NCBI GenBank assembly: GCA_963696385.1
Contig: CAVOKF010000008.1
Location: 320,001-384,000 of the forward strand
Reading direction: 5' to 3'
DNA: 64,000 nt
Source: an uncultured delta proteobacterium
GTDB taxonomy: Bacteria > Myxococcota_A > Polyangia > Polyangiales > Polyangiaceae
The notes beneath the pieces were generated by a model, which saw only the letters and a list, made by a program, of their open reading frames with translations, was not told where the DNA came from and did not search any database. The position numbers were made by a program, and so were the translations under genes. Positions 9,515-19,945 of the stretch are shown one piece after another. Within the stretch, counting starts at the first letter, position 1. The number at the start of each line of letters is the position of its first letter.

Positions 9515-10546
9515 GTGCCCAGCCCTCTGCAACCACTGGCCAATCCCCCGAACCCCTGGGCGTCGACCGACGTCGAATACCTCGACGGCGCGAGGCCACT
9601 CGCGGAGCTCCAGGTCTACGAGGACAGGACGCGCAACGTCCTGGCGCACAACGACAGCCCCGACGTCGGGTTCGATTGGAGCGTGAACCCGTACCGAGGC
9701 TGTTTCCATGCGTGCGCGTACTGCTACGCGCGACCCTCGCATGAATATCTCAGTTTTGGCGCCGGCACGGACTTCGAGCGCAAGATCGTCGTGAAGACAC
9801 GCGCGCCCGAAATATTGCGCGAAGCCTTCGATCATTCCCGGTGGAAGGGCGAGGTCGTGGCCTTCAGCGGCGTCACCGACTGCTACCAACCGCTCGAGGC
9901 CAGCTACCGCTTGACGCGCCGCTGCCTCGAGGTGTGCGTCGAATACCGAAACCCGGCGACCATCGTCACCAAATCCGCGCTGATCGAGCGGGACATCGAC
10001 CTCTTGCAGGACATGAATCGTGTGGCTCAGGTCGGCGTGATGGTCAGCGTGCCCTTTTGGGACGAAACGAACGCTCGGGCCATCGAACCATTCGTGACGA
10101 CGCCCGCGCGCCGGGTTCGCACCATCGAGCGGCTCGCGAAGGCCGGCGTCCGCGTCGGCGTCATGGTGGCGCCGATCATCCCGGGATTGAACGACGAAGA
10201 CATCGCCAAGGTTCTGCGGGCCGCTCGCGACGCGGGCGCAACGCGCGCAGGCAAAGTCCTTCTGCGCTTGCCGGGGTCGGTCAAGGACGTGTTCGAAGAG
10301 CGGCTGCGCAACGCCCTGCCTCTGCGCGCCGAACGCGTGCTCGGGCGCATTCGCGAGACGCGTGGCGGCAAGCTGTACGATTCGCGCTTCGCTTTGCGCG
10401 GTCGCGGCGAAGGCGCGTACGCCGATGCCATCGCGACGCTGTTCGATCAAACGGCGCGCCAGCTCGGCTACGAGTCCGGCGAAGCGCCGGACGGCGAGGC
10501 GCCGACCCCGTTCCGGCGGCCCCGAGCGCAACTCGCGCTATTTTGA
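9515..10546 (+). CDS. PA0069/Rv2578c-family (SplB-like) radical SAM protein
   Basis: NPYRGCFHACAYCYARPSHEY CxxxCxxC motif, TDCYQP, C-terminal QLALF; GTG start at 9515. Confidence 0.9.
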   Translation: MPSPLQPLANPPNPWASTDVEYLDGARPLAELQVYEDRTRNVLAHNDSPDVGFDWSVNPYRGCFHACAYCYARPSHEYLSFGAGTDFERKIVVKTRAPEILREAFDHSRWKGEVVAFSGVTDCYQPLEASYRLTRRCLEVCVEYRNPATIVTKSALIERDIDLLQDMNRVAQVGVMVSVPFWDETNARAIEPFVTTPARRVRTIERLAKAGVRVGVMVAPIIPGLNDEDIAKVLRAARDAGATRAGKVLLRLPGSVKDVFEERLRNALPLRAERVLGRIRETRGGKLYDSRFALRGRGEGAYADAIATLFDQTARQLGYESGEAPDGEAPTPFRRPRAQLALF

Positions 10547-10594
10547 CACCGCTTCCAGCGAACACGGGACCCGGCGACCGGTACGGGAGGCCGT

Positions 10595-12667
10595 GTGCCC
10601 TTGCCACGCGGGCGTCGCCAGCCCGATGATGGCCCCGTGCGTGTGGAGAGGGTCCTCATCGTCGGCATCCTCTTGGCCACGGTGAGCGACGCGCAATCGG
10701 GCCTCGCCGGCGCGACCGAGGCGACGGTGGACCGTCCGACGGCCAACCCCCGAGCACCCGCTTTGGAGGTCCGCACGAGTGCAATCGCAAGCGGCCCCCG
10801 GCTCGACGATTCCGAGGTTCGGCAGCACGCCACCGAGGTCGCCGATTACACGATGCGGGCGACCCTCGATCCGGACGCACACACGGTTCATGGCGAGGGC
10901 ACGATTCGCTGGCGCAACGCGAGCACGCGGCCGGTCGGCGAGCTGTGGATCCATCTCTATCTCAACGCCTTCAAGAACGAGCATTCGGCGTTCTTGCGGG
11001 AACGGACCGGGGGACGCGGAAGCCGAAGTCCGGAAAGTTGGGGATTCATCGATCTGCGCCGGCTTTCGCTCGTCGACCGAACGGGTACGGAGGTCGATCT
11101 GCTGGCAGCCATCGAGATCCGGCGACCCGGCGACGACGACGAGACCGACGCGCGCGTGCCCCTTCCGCGCACGATCGGTCCGGGCGAGTGGATCGATCTC
11201 GAGGTGGCCTTCGACGACAAGTTGCCGAGCATCGTGGAGCGCACCGGCTACTACGGGCACTTTCACATGGTCGGCCAATGGTTTCCGAAAGTCGCTCGCC
11301 TCGAGCCGGATGGTTCATGGGCCCATTTCCCATTTCATCACCTATCGGAGTTCTTCGCCGACTTCGGGGTCTACGACGTCACGATCGACGTTCCGGCCGG
11401 CTACACCATCGGAGCGACCGGGCCGATCGTCGAGAGCCGCGTCGAACGCGGCCGCCGCATCGAGCGGCACCGGCAAGGCGACGTCCACGACTTCGCCTGG
11501 ACCGCATGGGACGCGTGGCAGAGCGTCTCCGATCGAATCGACGGGGTCGACGTTCGCGTCCTGTACCCGCCTGGCTTCACGGCCGTGGCCGAGCGCGACC
11601 TCGAGGCGATTCGTTTTGCGTTGCCCTACGACGCCGCCAACTACGGACGCTACCCCTACTCGGTGCTGACGGTCGTTCACACCGAAGACCAGGCGAGCGA
11701 GGCGGGCGGCATGGAGTACCCGACGCTCATCACGACCGAGAGCCCGTGGCTGACGCCCCCCGGGGTGTACGTCCCTGAAATCGTGACCGTCCACGAGCTC
11801 GGCCATCAGTGGTTTTACGGCCTGGTCGCCACGAACGAGGCTCGGTGGCCGTTTCTCGACGAGGGCATCAACCAGTATGCGGAAGCGGACACGATGGCCG
11901 AGTGGCGTGGGCAAGGATCGGCGGTGGACCTTTTGGGCCTCCGCGTCAGCGACATGGCGCTGCAAGCCGTCAGCGGCGAACGAGCCGTACACGATGAGCC
12001 GGTCGCCCAGGCGGCGGCGTCGTTTTCATCCGGAGCCAACTACGCGAGGCTCGTCTACTCGCGCACGGCCTCCGTCATCGAGACGTTCGCGCGAGTGTAC
12101 GGGCAGAGCGCGGTGCGGCGCGCGCTCGGGATCTACGCTCGCCGTTATCGTTTCGAGCACCCGGGACCGGAGCAGTTTCTAGCCGTCTTCGCCGAAGTGC
12201 TGGGTGCCGAGGTGGCCGCCACACTGCGCGCCGCGCTCTTCGACAGGGGCTGGGTCGACTTCGCCGCCGAGGGCGTCTGGTCGAGACGGGCTCAGTCCGC
12301 AGGCGGGGTCTGGGATCGAGAGGGCATTCGACTCACGTCGGCCGCACACGACGAAGACGGCTGGGAGGGCAGCGTCGTCGTGCGCCGCCGAGGCACTTTG
12401 GTCTTTCCCGTGGACATCGATTTGGTGATGGCCGACGGGACGAGGCGGCGCGAAACCTGGGACGGCAAGGGCGACTCGGTCGTCATCCCGTGGCGGGGAG
12501 CCTCGGCCCTTTGCGCAGCGGTCGTCGATCCGGACGAGCACGTGGTCATCGATGCCAACGTCGAGAACAATCGTGCGGCGGCTGCCGGCGAGGAGCACTT
12601 CGCTTCTCGGACGCTCGAACGGATCGCGTACTTCGCAGAAATCGCGATCCAGGCGATCTCGCCGTGA
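10595..12667 (+). CDS. M1-family zinc aminopeptidase, probably exported
   Basis: GGMEYP and HELGHQWF...DEG (HEXXH-18-E); true start may be GTG 10643. Confidence 0.88.
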   Translation: MPLPRGRRQPDDGPVRVERVLIVGILLATVSDAQSGLAGATEATVDRPTANPRAPALEVRTSAIASGPRLDDSEVRQHATEVADYTMRATLDPDAHTVHGEGTIRWRNASTRPVGELWIHLYLNAFKNEHSAFLRERTGGRGSRSPESWGFIDLRRLSLVDRTGTEVDLLAAIEIRRPGDDDETDARVPLPRTIGPGEWIDLEVAFDDKLPSIVERTGYYGHFHMVGQWFPKVARLEPDGSWAHFPFHHLSEFFADFGVYDVTIDVPAGYTIGATGPIVESRVERGRRIERHRQGDVHDFAWTAWDAWQSVSDRIDGVDVRVLYPPGFTAVAERDLEAIRFALPYDAANYGRYPYSVLTVVHTEDQASEAGGMEYPTLITTESPWLTPPGVYVPEIVTVHELGHQWFYGLVATNEARWPFLDEGINQYAEADTMAEWRGQGSAVDLLGLRVSDMALQAVSGERAVHDEPVAQAAASFSSGANYARLVYSRTASVIETFARVYGQSAVRRALGIYARRYRFEHPGPEQFLAVFAEVLGAEVAATLRAALFDRGWVDFAAEGVWSRRAQSAGGVWDREGIRLTSAAHDEDGWEGSVVVRRRGTLVFPVDIDLVMADGTRRRETWDGKGDSVVIPWRGASALCAAVVDPDEHVVIDANVENNRAAAAGEEHFASRTLERIAYFAEIAIQAISP

Positions 12668-13560
12668 CCGAGGAGGTGGCCGACGCCGCGCGCGACGTCA
12701 TCCTGGCGCGCCGATGCCCTGGTTGGATTGCCGCTGTGTGGGCGTGGCAAGCGGCTTTGGCGCTACTCGTAGCCTGGCCCGCCGCGTCGATCGTCGGCAA
12801 GGCCTTCGGCTCGGACCCCCGGGGCGATGGGCCGCTCTGGGACGCAGGGGCGCACTCGCTGCTCGTCTTCCTGTCTCGAGACGCTCACGCGGTGAGCGGC
12901 GTATGGACGCTCGCGGCATTGGTGCTCGTCATCGCGGCGGTCGCTGGCCTGCTGCCGGCGGCGGCGATCATGCTGGCCATGTCCGAGGCCGCGCATCCCA
13001 GCCGGCGCCGATCGATCGCGCGCGTGGTGGCGGGCGCGTTCGCTGCCTTTCCGGCGCTCGGCGTCTTGCTCGTGGTCCTGGGGCTCGCGGAAACCGCCAC
13101 GGTCGCCGTCGCCTGGCTCGTGACCACGTGCATCGAAGCGGTCACCCACGACGTCGTGGGCGAGGCCAGGACCCACGTCCTCGAGATCGCCGCCGCATCC
13201 GCGTTCGCGCCGCTCGCCGCGGTCATCTGGATCGTCCACGACCTCGCGGGCGCGTCCGTCGTCCGCTTCCGCGTCGGCGCCGCATCGGCGATAGGGCTCG
13301 GTGCTCGGGCCTTCGCGCGCGCACCGTGGTCGCTCTGCTGGGCGTGGGGATGGCGCGCCGGACTGTCGTGGTTGGTGATCGTGCCCGCGTCCACCGTAGC
13401 CGACGCGGTGGCTGGACGCGGCGGGGCCGCACTGCTGCTGCTCGCTTGCACGCACCAATCGACTGTCGCCGTCCGCACGGCATTGCATGCCTCGTGGGCG
13501 GCAAGAGCGCTTCAGAACGCGAAGCGGTCGGTTTACGAGGGTGAGCGCGGGCCCCGGTAG
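12664..13560 (+). CDS. Multi-pass membrane protein
   Basis: GTGA overlap with the peptidase stop; about 6 hydrophobic segments. Confidence 0.65.
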   Translation: MTEEVADAARDVILARRCPGWIAAVWAWQAALALLVAWPAASIVGKAFGSDPRGDGPLWDAGAHSLLVFLSRDAHAVSGVWTLAALVLVIAAVAGLLPAAAIMLAMSEAAHPSRRRSIARVVAGAFAAFPALGVLLVVLGLAETATVAVAWLVTTCIEAVTHDVVGEARTHVLEIAAASAFAPLAAVIWIVHDLAGASVVRFRVGAASAIGLGARAFARAPWSLCWAWGWRAGLSWLVIVPASTVADAVAGRGGAALLLLACTHQSTVAVRTALHASWAARALQNAKRSVYEGERGPR

Positions 13561-14987
13561 ACGTGGTCGTAGCGCCGGGCGGCGCCGTCCCAGCCCCGAT
13601 CGAGGCGCATGACGCGCCGCACCAGGGCGGGCCACCGGGCCAGCCCCCGCGCCGCCAGAGCTCGTTCGATGCCGCCCAAAAGCGCCTCCACGGTCGCATC
13701 CGAAAACAGGAATCCTGTGCCCGTCTCGAGCTTGGCATCGCAGTCGACAATCGTGTCGACGAGCCCGCCGGTCGCTCGGGCGACGGGGGGAGCGCCGTAA
13801 CGTTGAGCGTACATCTGGACCAGACCGCACGGCTCATGGCGGCTCGGAACGATCATCACGTCGGCCGCCGCGAAGATGCGGTGCGCAAGCGGCTCGCTGG
13901 CTGCGCGCGCCAGCACGACGCGACCCGCCGCCTTCGCCACGGCCGCCTCGATGCGGGCGACGATGCTCGGATCGCCGTCGCCCGCGACGACCAGTTGCGC
14001 GTCGGTGCCGCGCAGCAGCTTCGGCAGCGCGTCGACCACCAGGTCGACCCCCTTCTGATCGACGAACCGCCCGATGAACCCCAGGAGAGCCACGTCGGTG
14101 TCCACGGGCAAGCCGAGCTCTTTCTGCAGTGCGCCCTTCAATCGAACCTTGTTCGTGAAGTCTTCCGCGTCGTACCTCGCAACGAGGGCCGGGTCGGTGG
14201 CGGGGTTCCAGACCGCATAGTCGACGCCGTTGGTGATCCCCACCAGAGGATTGCGGCGCGCCCGAAGGGCGCCGTCGAGCCCCGCGCCGTGTTCGGGGGT
14301 CTGAATCTCGCACGCGTAGGTGGGGCTGACGGTCGTTAACGCATCGGCCGAATTGATGCCTTGCTTGAGAAAGTTGATGCGTCCGTAAAACTCGATTCCG
14401 TCGACGCGAAAGGCGTCCCAGCCGAGACCGATGGTGGGCAGCGTCTCCTTCGGGAAAATCCCCTGGTGAGCGATGTTGTGGATCGTGAGAACGGTACGAG
14501 TCGCGGCCGGCAGGTCCTCTGTGGAGCCGCGCAAGTACGTCGGCACGAGCGCGGTGGCCCAGTCGTGGCAATGAACGACGTCGAGGGATCGGCCCCCCGC
14601 CAGACGCTGGCGCAAAAGCTCGGCGACGGCGCGCGAGAACGCCGCGAATCGAAGGGCGTTGTCGGCATAGTCCTGGCCGTGGGCGCCGTAGACACCGCCG
14701 CGGTCGAAGAGTCCGGGCACGTCCACGACGACCAGGTCGACCTGCGAGGCAAGCCGGCCGTCGAGCACGGTCGCCTCGAAGGCGCGCTCGCCCAGCGTGA
14801 AGCGGAGCGGCGTGAGACGTCGGGCCAAGAGAAGACCGTGGGCTTCGAGCTCCGGAAACCGCGGAACGATCGTGGTGACCGAATGGCCCAGCGTGCGAAG
14901 TGCCTTCGGAAGCGCCGCCGAGACGTCTGCGAGGCCCCCCACCTTGACGAACGGAGCGAGCTCGGTCGTGACGAAGGCGATCTCCAT
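13533..14987 (-). CDS. glgA: Glycogen synthase
   Basis: KVGGLADV, HCHDW, TIHNIAHQG, PSRHEPCGLVQM, TGGLVDT. Confidence 0.95.
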   Translation of the reverse strand: MEIAFVTTELAPFVKVGGLADVSAALPKALRTLGHSVTTIVPRFPELEAHGLLLARRLTPLRFTLGERAFEATVLDGRLASQVDLVVVDVPGLFDRGGVYGAHGQDYADNALRFAAFSRAVAELLRQRLAGGRSLDVVHCHDWATALVPTYLRGSTEDLPAATRTVLTIHNIAHQGIFPKETLPTIGLGWDAFRVDGIEFYGRINFLKQGINSADALTTVSPTYACEIQTPEHGAGLDGALRARRNPLVGITNGVDYAVWNPATDPALVARYDAEDFTNKVRLKGALQKELGLPVDTDVALLGFIGRFVDQKGVDLVVDALPKLLRGTDAQLVVAGDGDPSIVARIEAAVAKAAGRVVLARAASEPLAHRIFAAADVMIVPSRHEPCGLVQMYAQRYGAPPVARATGGLVDTIVDCDAKLETGTGFLFSDATVEALLGGIERALAARGLARWPALVRRVMRLDRGWDGAARRYDHVYRGPRSPS

Positions 14988-15057
14988 GGGAACGCGCGCT
15001 TCTAGCACGGCTCGCGCTCGCCGCGCAGGCGCCGTTACGCCATGATGGCGTCGAGCC

Positions 15058-16134
15058 ATGTCCCGACTGCGAGCCTCCGATCACCTGTTCGCCCGCCCGG
15101 ACGACGTGGCGGAGGGATCGGTCGTAACAGCGCTGCGCGTGCCGCCGGAGGTGGCCGGCGGACGCCTCGACGTCTTCGTCCAGAGTCAGTTGCACCGAAC
15201 GAGCCGGACGCGGGCGCAGGCCATCGTCCGCGCCAGTGCCTACGACGACAGCGGCCGGCGCCTACGACCGAACGACCGCGTGCGGCCCGATCAACTCGTA
15301 CTGCTCTGGCGGGCGCCCTGGGACGAGACCCCGGTGCCGGTCGAACTGCCCACCCTCTTTGAGGACGAACACCTGTTGGCGGTGTTCAAACCGGCTCTTC
15401 TGCCGGTGCACCCGACGGCGAGGTACCACAAGAATACGCTCATCAAATTGCTGCAGGCCGCGCGCCCAGACTGCGGATTCCTGTCTTTGGGGCATCGTCT
15501 CGATCGGGAGACGAGCGGCGTCATCCTGATCTCCAAGAGTCGCGCGTGCGATCGGGCATTGAAAAAGCAACTCGAGTCCCGCGAAGGAATCGAAAAAACC
15601 TACGTTGCGTTGACCTGGGGCGTCCCCGACCGCGGCGACGGCGCGCGGGCATTTCGTTACGAACGACGGATCGAGCTCGATCCGACGCACCCGCTGCGCG
15701 TCAAGATGCGCGTGCGCGACGCGCCCGACGCACTGCTCGCCGTGACCCACGTCGAGGTGGCGGCGGTTCGACAGGCGACGTCCGGGCGGCGTTATGCGTG
15801 GGTACGCTGCGGGCTGGAAACCGGTCGGCAGCACCAGATCCGGGTGCACTTGGCGTCGCTCGGCGCCCCTGTGGTCGGAGACAAGCTCTACGGTCCGGAC
15901 GACCAGGCGTTCGCGCGTGCGGCCGACGGAGCCCTGACGAGCGACGATTTGAAACACCTGGAGATCGCGCGCCACGCGCTGCACGCCTCCCGTCTGGATC
16001 TCGTTCACCCGATGACGGGTGCGCGCCTCTCGATCGAGGCGCCATTGCCGGCGGACATGGCCGACTTCTGGGGGTCGCTCAAAGCCCCCGCGGAACTTTG
16101 TCGAGATCGAGCTGGTCGAGCGCCACACGAATGA
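15058..16134 (+). CDS. RluA/RluD-family pseudouridine synthase with S4-like N-terminus
   Basis: RLDVFV, KPALLPVHP, HRLDRETSG, TGRQHQIRVH, GDKLYG, ALHA. Confidence 0.92.
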   Translation: MSRLRASDHLFARPDDVAEGSVVTALRVPPEVAGGRLDVFVQSQLHRTSRTRAQAIVRASAYDDSGRRLRPNDRVRPDQLVLLWRAPWDETPVPVELPTLFEDEHLLAVFKPALLPVHPTARYHKNTLIKLLQAARPDCGFLSLGHRLDRETSGVILISKSRACDRALKKQLESREGIEKTYVALTWGVPDRGDGARAFRYERRIELDPTHPLRVKMRVRDAPDALLAVTHVEVAAVRQATSGRRYAWVRCGLETGRQHQIRVHLASLGAPVVGDKLYGPDDQAFARAADGALTSDDLKHLEIARHALHASRLDLVHPMTGARLSIEAPLPADMADFWGSLKAPAELCRDRAGRAPHE

Positions 16135-16384
16135 GAGCGCTTCGGCTCGCCTTCGTCACGCCGCGCGCCTTGAGCTCTTCGACCAGGGCATCGAGATGCT
16201 CCAGATCCCGGTTGTAGAGCGAAATGCAAATGACCTTGTAGTGAGCCGGCTTCGGCTCGGCCTTGCGCGACCGCGCGGCACGTGGCTCGGGGGCATAGAA
16301 CGCGCCCGAAAGGACGCCCTGCACTTCGTCCGCCTCGAGCACCCGCGCCGCGCCCAGCCCAGGTTCTTCTTCTCGCGCCGCCAT
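16079..16384 (-). CDS. Small protein with putative C-terminal ribbon-helix-helix, likely ParA partner
   Basis: HYKVICISLY strand followed by two helices (LEHLDALVEELK; SRSALIRVALDQL); gaggacgagg RBS-like run before ATG 16384; directly downstream of parA. Confidence 0.65.
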   Translation of the reverse strand: MAAREEEPGLGAARVLEADEVQGVLSGAFYAPEPRAARSRKAEPKPAHYKVICISLYNRDLEHLDALVEELKARGVTKASRSALIRVALDQLDLDKVPRGL

Positions 16385-16403
16385 CCTCGTCCTCGCTCTC
16401 CTG

Positions 16404-17573
16404 TCAGGTTCCGACCGCAACCTTCAGCTGGGGATCGGGCCCATCGACCAGCAGGTCGACGATGCGCCGATAGTCTTCCGACGCGTTCGAGTCGGGCGCA
16501 AATTCGAATATGGTCTTTCCCTGCGCCGGAGCCTCTTTGAGCCGGATCGCTTGCCGGATCGGGGGCAACACGCGATGTCCGAAGTGTTCCTTGAGCGCGT
16601 CGAGCGAGTCTCGGCAGATGCGAGCGCGCGAGTCGTAAAATGTCGGCAAAACGCCGTGGATCTGGACGGGGTGATGCAGCAGGGCGTTCACGTTCTTCAC
16701 GGTCTTGATGACCTGCCGCACGCCGACCAAAGATAGGAAGTCGCATGCGACGGGAACGACGATGGCGTCCGCCGCGACCAATGCGTTCTGGTTCATCAAC
16801 GACAGCGACGGCGAGCAATCGAGCACCACGACGTCGTACGCATCGAAGGCGGGGGCAAGCCGGTCGCGCAAGAGTCGGTCTCGATTCTGCCGCCCCGCGA
16901 GGTAAAGCTCGGCGGCGGCGAGGGTCTCGTTGGAAGCCACCAGGTCGAGGTTCGGTCGGACTCGCACCGCGGCGTCGGTGGGACGGACGCCCATGACGAG
17001 AACGTGGTAGAGCGTCTTTTCGGCTTTTGCGCCGAGTGAGACACTGACGTTGCCCTGCGAGTCGGTGTCGACGAGCAGCACCCGCAAGCCGCGCGCCGCG
17101 AAGCCCGCCGCCAGACTCACGGAGGTCGTGGTCTTGCCGGTCCCCCCCTTGTGATTGAAGACCGCGAGCCGGGCAGGCGCGGCCATCCGAACGCCCGTCG
17201 CGGAACCGATGGAAGGGCTCGTCGCGGCCGCGGGCGGATCGACCGCCACGGCGGCCGGGCCGCACGGAGGCGCGCCGGCAGCCCCCAGCCGCGCGCCCTC
17301 GGCCTCCGCCAGGATTTGGGTCCTGCATTCTTCGGAGCACGCATGGTGCAATTCGCCGCGCACGCGAACGACCTGACGAACGAGCTCGACCCGAAAGCGA
17401 GTTCGGCACGCGGAGCACGTAGCGCCGCCGGTGGTTTCGCCGCGCACGACCTTTCCGTGGCAATCGTGCGAGCAGTAGAATGCGAAGCCACCTTCGCGCT
17501 CTTCCATCTGGTAGCGGAACTGCACGTCGAACCGCTTCCCGCACACGCTGCAGCTCTCGGTCAATCCGGCCAT
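16404..17573 (-). CDS. ParA/Soj-family ATPase with two N-terminal TRASH/MYM-like Cys4 motifs
   Basis: NHKGGTGKTTT, LLVDTDSQGN, VLDCSPS, EAPAQGK; N-terminal CSVC..CSHDC and CSAC..CSEEC. Confidence 0.9.
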   Translation of the reverse strand: MAGLTESCSVCGKRFDVQFRYQMEEREGGFAFYCSHDCHGKVVRGETTGGATCSACRTRFRVELVRQVVRVRGELHHACSEECRTQILAEAEGARLGAAGAPPCGPAAVAVDPPAAATSPSIGSATGVRMAAPARLAVFNHKGGTGKTTTSVSLAAGFAARGLRVLLVDTDSQGNVSVSLGAKAEKTLYHVLVMGVRPTDAAVRVRPNLDLVASNETLAAAELYLAGRQNRDRLLRDRLAPAFDAYDVVVLDCSPSLSLMNQNALVAADAIVVPVACDFLSLVGVRQVIKTVKNVNALLHHPVQIHGVLPTFYDSRARICRDSLDALKEHFGHRVLPPIRQAIRLKEAPAQGKTIFEFAPDSNASEDYRRIVDLLVDGPDPQLKVAVGT

Positions 17574-17636
17574 CGTGACTCGTCACTAGCCACGGCCAGG
17601 GCCGGTGGGCCAAATTTGATGTTGGTTCGAATCCAA

Positions 17637-19193
17637 TCAATGTCGGAAGTGGCGCACTCCCGTGAACACCATGGCGACGCCCATGGCGTCCGCGGCCGCC
17701 ACCACCTCGGCATCTCGCACGCTGCCGCCCGGCTGGGCGATGGCCGTCGCTCCCGCCCGCGCCGCCGCTTCGACGCCGTCGGAAAACGGAAAGAAGGCGT
17801 CCGAGGCAAGCACACTGCCTTTCGCGTTCAGCCCGGCTTTTTCGCAGGCGATCTGAACCGACACGACACGCGACATCTGACCGGCCCCCACCCCGACGGT
17901 GACCTCGCCGCGCGCCAGGACAATCGCATTCGACTTGACGTGCTTGCAGACGCGCCAGGCAAATTCCAAAGATGCGAGCTCTTCCGCCGTCGGGGATCGC
18001 GCCGTCACGACCTTGCCGCGCAGCACCTCACCGGCCGCCGTCGCGTCGCGATCCTGAACGACAACCCCGCCGCCCACGCGCTTGTACGTGATCGCAGCCT
18101 GATTCGGACTGAGCCATCCTCGCGTCGCCAGGAGCCGCAAGTTCTTCTTGGTGCGCAAGAGGTCGAGAGCCGACGTCCCGAACGACGGCGCGATGACGCA
18201 CTCGAGAAAGGTCTCGCTCAGAGCGCGCGCCGTTTCCTCGTCGACCTCTCGGTTCAAGGCCACGATTCCCCCGTACGCGCTCACCGCATCGGCATCGCGG
18301 GCCTTCCGGTACGCATCGACGAGAGATCCGGCCACCGCGACCCCCGAAGGGTTCGTGTGCTTGACGACGACGGCGGCGGGGCGATCGAACTCACGAACGG
18401 CCTCGAGAGCGGCATCGGCGTCGACCAAGTTGTTGAAGCTCAGCTCCTTGCCGCCCGCGCCGACGCTTTCGGCCACGGCGATGGACCCGGCCGGAGCATG
18501 CGGCTCCACGTAAAAGGCGCCCGACTGATGAGGGTTCTCCCCGTAGCGCAGCAGGTATGCCCGTTCGAACACGGCGTGGAGGATGCCCGGAAATCGCGTG
18601 GGCGTGCCGCCGTCGACCGAGGAAGACAGGGTTCCGCTGATGGCGGCGTCGTAGGCGGCCGTGTGGGCGAACGCCTTCGCGGCGAGTTCGGAGCGAGTCT
18701 CCCGAGTCGTGTCGCCGTGCCGGGCGATCTCGTCCAAGACGCGCGGGTAATCGGCCGGGGCGCACACGACCGTGACACGCGCGTGATTCTTGGCGGCGGA
18801 GCGAATCATCGCCGGTCCGCCGATATCGATGTTCTCGATGATCTCGTCACGGGTCGAGGCCGGATCGGAGGCGACCCGTTCGAACGGATACATGTTGACG
18901 ACGACCAAGTCGATCTCGCGGCCGCCCAAACGCTGAAGATCTCCGGCGTCCCGCGCTCCGCGCGACAGAATGCCCCCGTGCACGCGCGGGTGCAGCGTTT
19001 TCACCCGCCCGTCCATCACCTCGGGCGATCCCGTATAGCTCTCGACGGTCTCGACCGGTACGCCCTCGGCAACCAGAGCCTTGGCCGTTCCGCCGCTCGA
19101 CAGCAGGCGCACTCCACGATCGGCCAGAGCGCGCGCAAAGGGGACCAAGCCCGACTTATCGGTGACGGACAGGAGCGCGGTACGGATGGCCAT
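17637..19193 (-). CDS. purH: Bifunctional AICAR formyltransferase/IMP cyclohydrolase
   Basis: [48 protein letters not shown]. Confidence 0.97.
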   Translation of the reverse strand: MAIRTALLSVTDKSGLVPFARALADRGVRLLSSGGTAKALVAEGVPVETVESYTGSPEVMDGRVKTLHPRVHGGILSRGARDAGDLQRLGGREIDLVVVNMYPFERVASDPASTRDEIIENIDIGGPAMIRSAAKNHARVTVVCAPADYPRVLDEIARHGDTTRETRSELAAKAFAHTAAYDAAISGTLSSSVDGGTPTRFPGILHAVFERAYLLRYGENPHQSGAFYVEPHAPAGSIAVAESVGAGGKELSFNNLVDADAALEAVREFDRPAAVVVKHTNPSGVAVAGSLVDAYRKARDADAVSAYGGIVALNREVDEETARALSETFLECVIAPSFGTSALDLLRTKKNLRLLATRGWLSPNQAAITYKRVGGGVVVQDRDATAAGEVLRGKVVTARSPTAEELASLEFAWRVCKHVKSNAIVLARGEVTVGVGAGQMSRVVSVQIACEKAGLNAKGSVLASDAFFPFSDGVEAAARAGATAIAQPGGSVRDAEVVAAADAMGVAMVFTGVRHFRH

Positions 19194-19240
19194 GCGGGCC
19201 GCCGTTACCTCGCCCCGAAGTCGAGGTCAATGGATGGGTG

Positions 19241-19945
19241 TCACTCGATTTCGGCCGCTTCGATGACCCCGCCGTCGGGGATCTCGAGGGTGGCGCTCTC
19301 GGCCACCTCGAGACTCTCCTCGTCCTCCTCCGGTTCTTCGGAGTCATCGTCGCAGTCGTCTTCGCTTGCCACGAGCAGAGGAAGGCGCCGCTTGCCGATG
19401 GGCCCCTCGTCGACGTAGTCGCGCAGGTTGGTCATATCGCGAAGAGCCGCGAGCTTGGCCAGTCCCTTGACTTCGACCTGCCGGATCCGCTCTCGCGTAA
19501 GATTCATGATGGCGCCGACTTCTTCCAGAGTCGTGCCGCCCCGATCGGCGATGTCGAGCGCGCACGTCTCGGACATTTCCCACACATCGAGATCGGGGAA
19601 ATTCAACTTGATCGCGCCGGTTCGAGCCGACACGTCCAAATAAAGATGATGTTGGCACGATACGAAGGGGCATGGGCGCTCGCCCCCTATGCATTCCGCT
19701 CGAGTCTGGGGTCGCACCGCTTCATCCATGTCCGGATAAAGGAGCCGACCGAGTTCGAGCTCGCGCTTGGTCATCCGCTTGACGCTGATCGTCCTCGCCC
19801 GGACGGCACGTTTGCGTCGAGAGCGACGTTGCTCGCGCGTGACGGGCGCCGGACTCTCCGCCGCCTGCAGGGCAAGGGCCCCGTCCGTCTCCATGTACGT
19901 TACGGTCGACTGCGGCGCTTCCTTCGGATCGTCGTTGGGGTCCAT
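19241..19945 (-). CDS. Stand-alone sigma70 region-4 HTH protein with Cys/His module and acidic tail
   Basis: [27 protein letters not shown] matches sigma70 region 4.2; upstream C-x6-C-x4-C-x-HH...C; no region 2; start uncertain. Confidence 0.8.
   Translation of the reverse strand: MDPNDDPKEAPQSTVTYMETDGALALQAAESPAPVTREQRRSRRKRAVRARTISVKRMTKRELELGRLLYPDMDEAVRPQTRAECIGGERPCPFVSCQHHLYLDVSARTGAIKLNFPDLDVWEMSETCALDIADRGGTTLEEVGAIMNLTRERIRQVEVKGLAKLAALRDMTNLRDYVDEGPIGKRRLPLLVASEDDCDDDSEEPEEDEESLEVAESATLEIPDGGVIEAAEIE

Noticed and set aside
16404..17573. Canonical chromosomal parAB or an integrated plasmid
   Set aside because: No ParB/Spo0J-type gene, parS palindrome, rep gene or origin-region genes seen nearby
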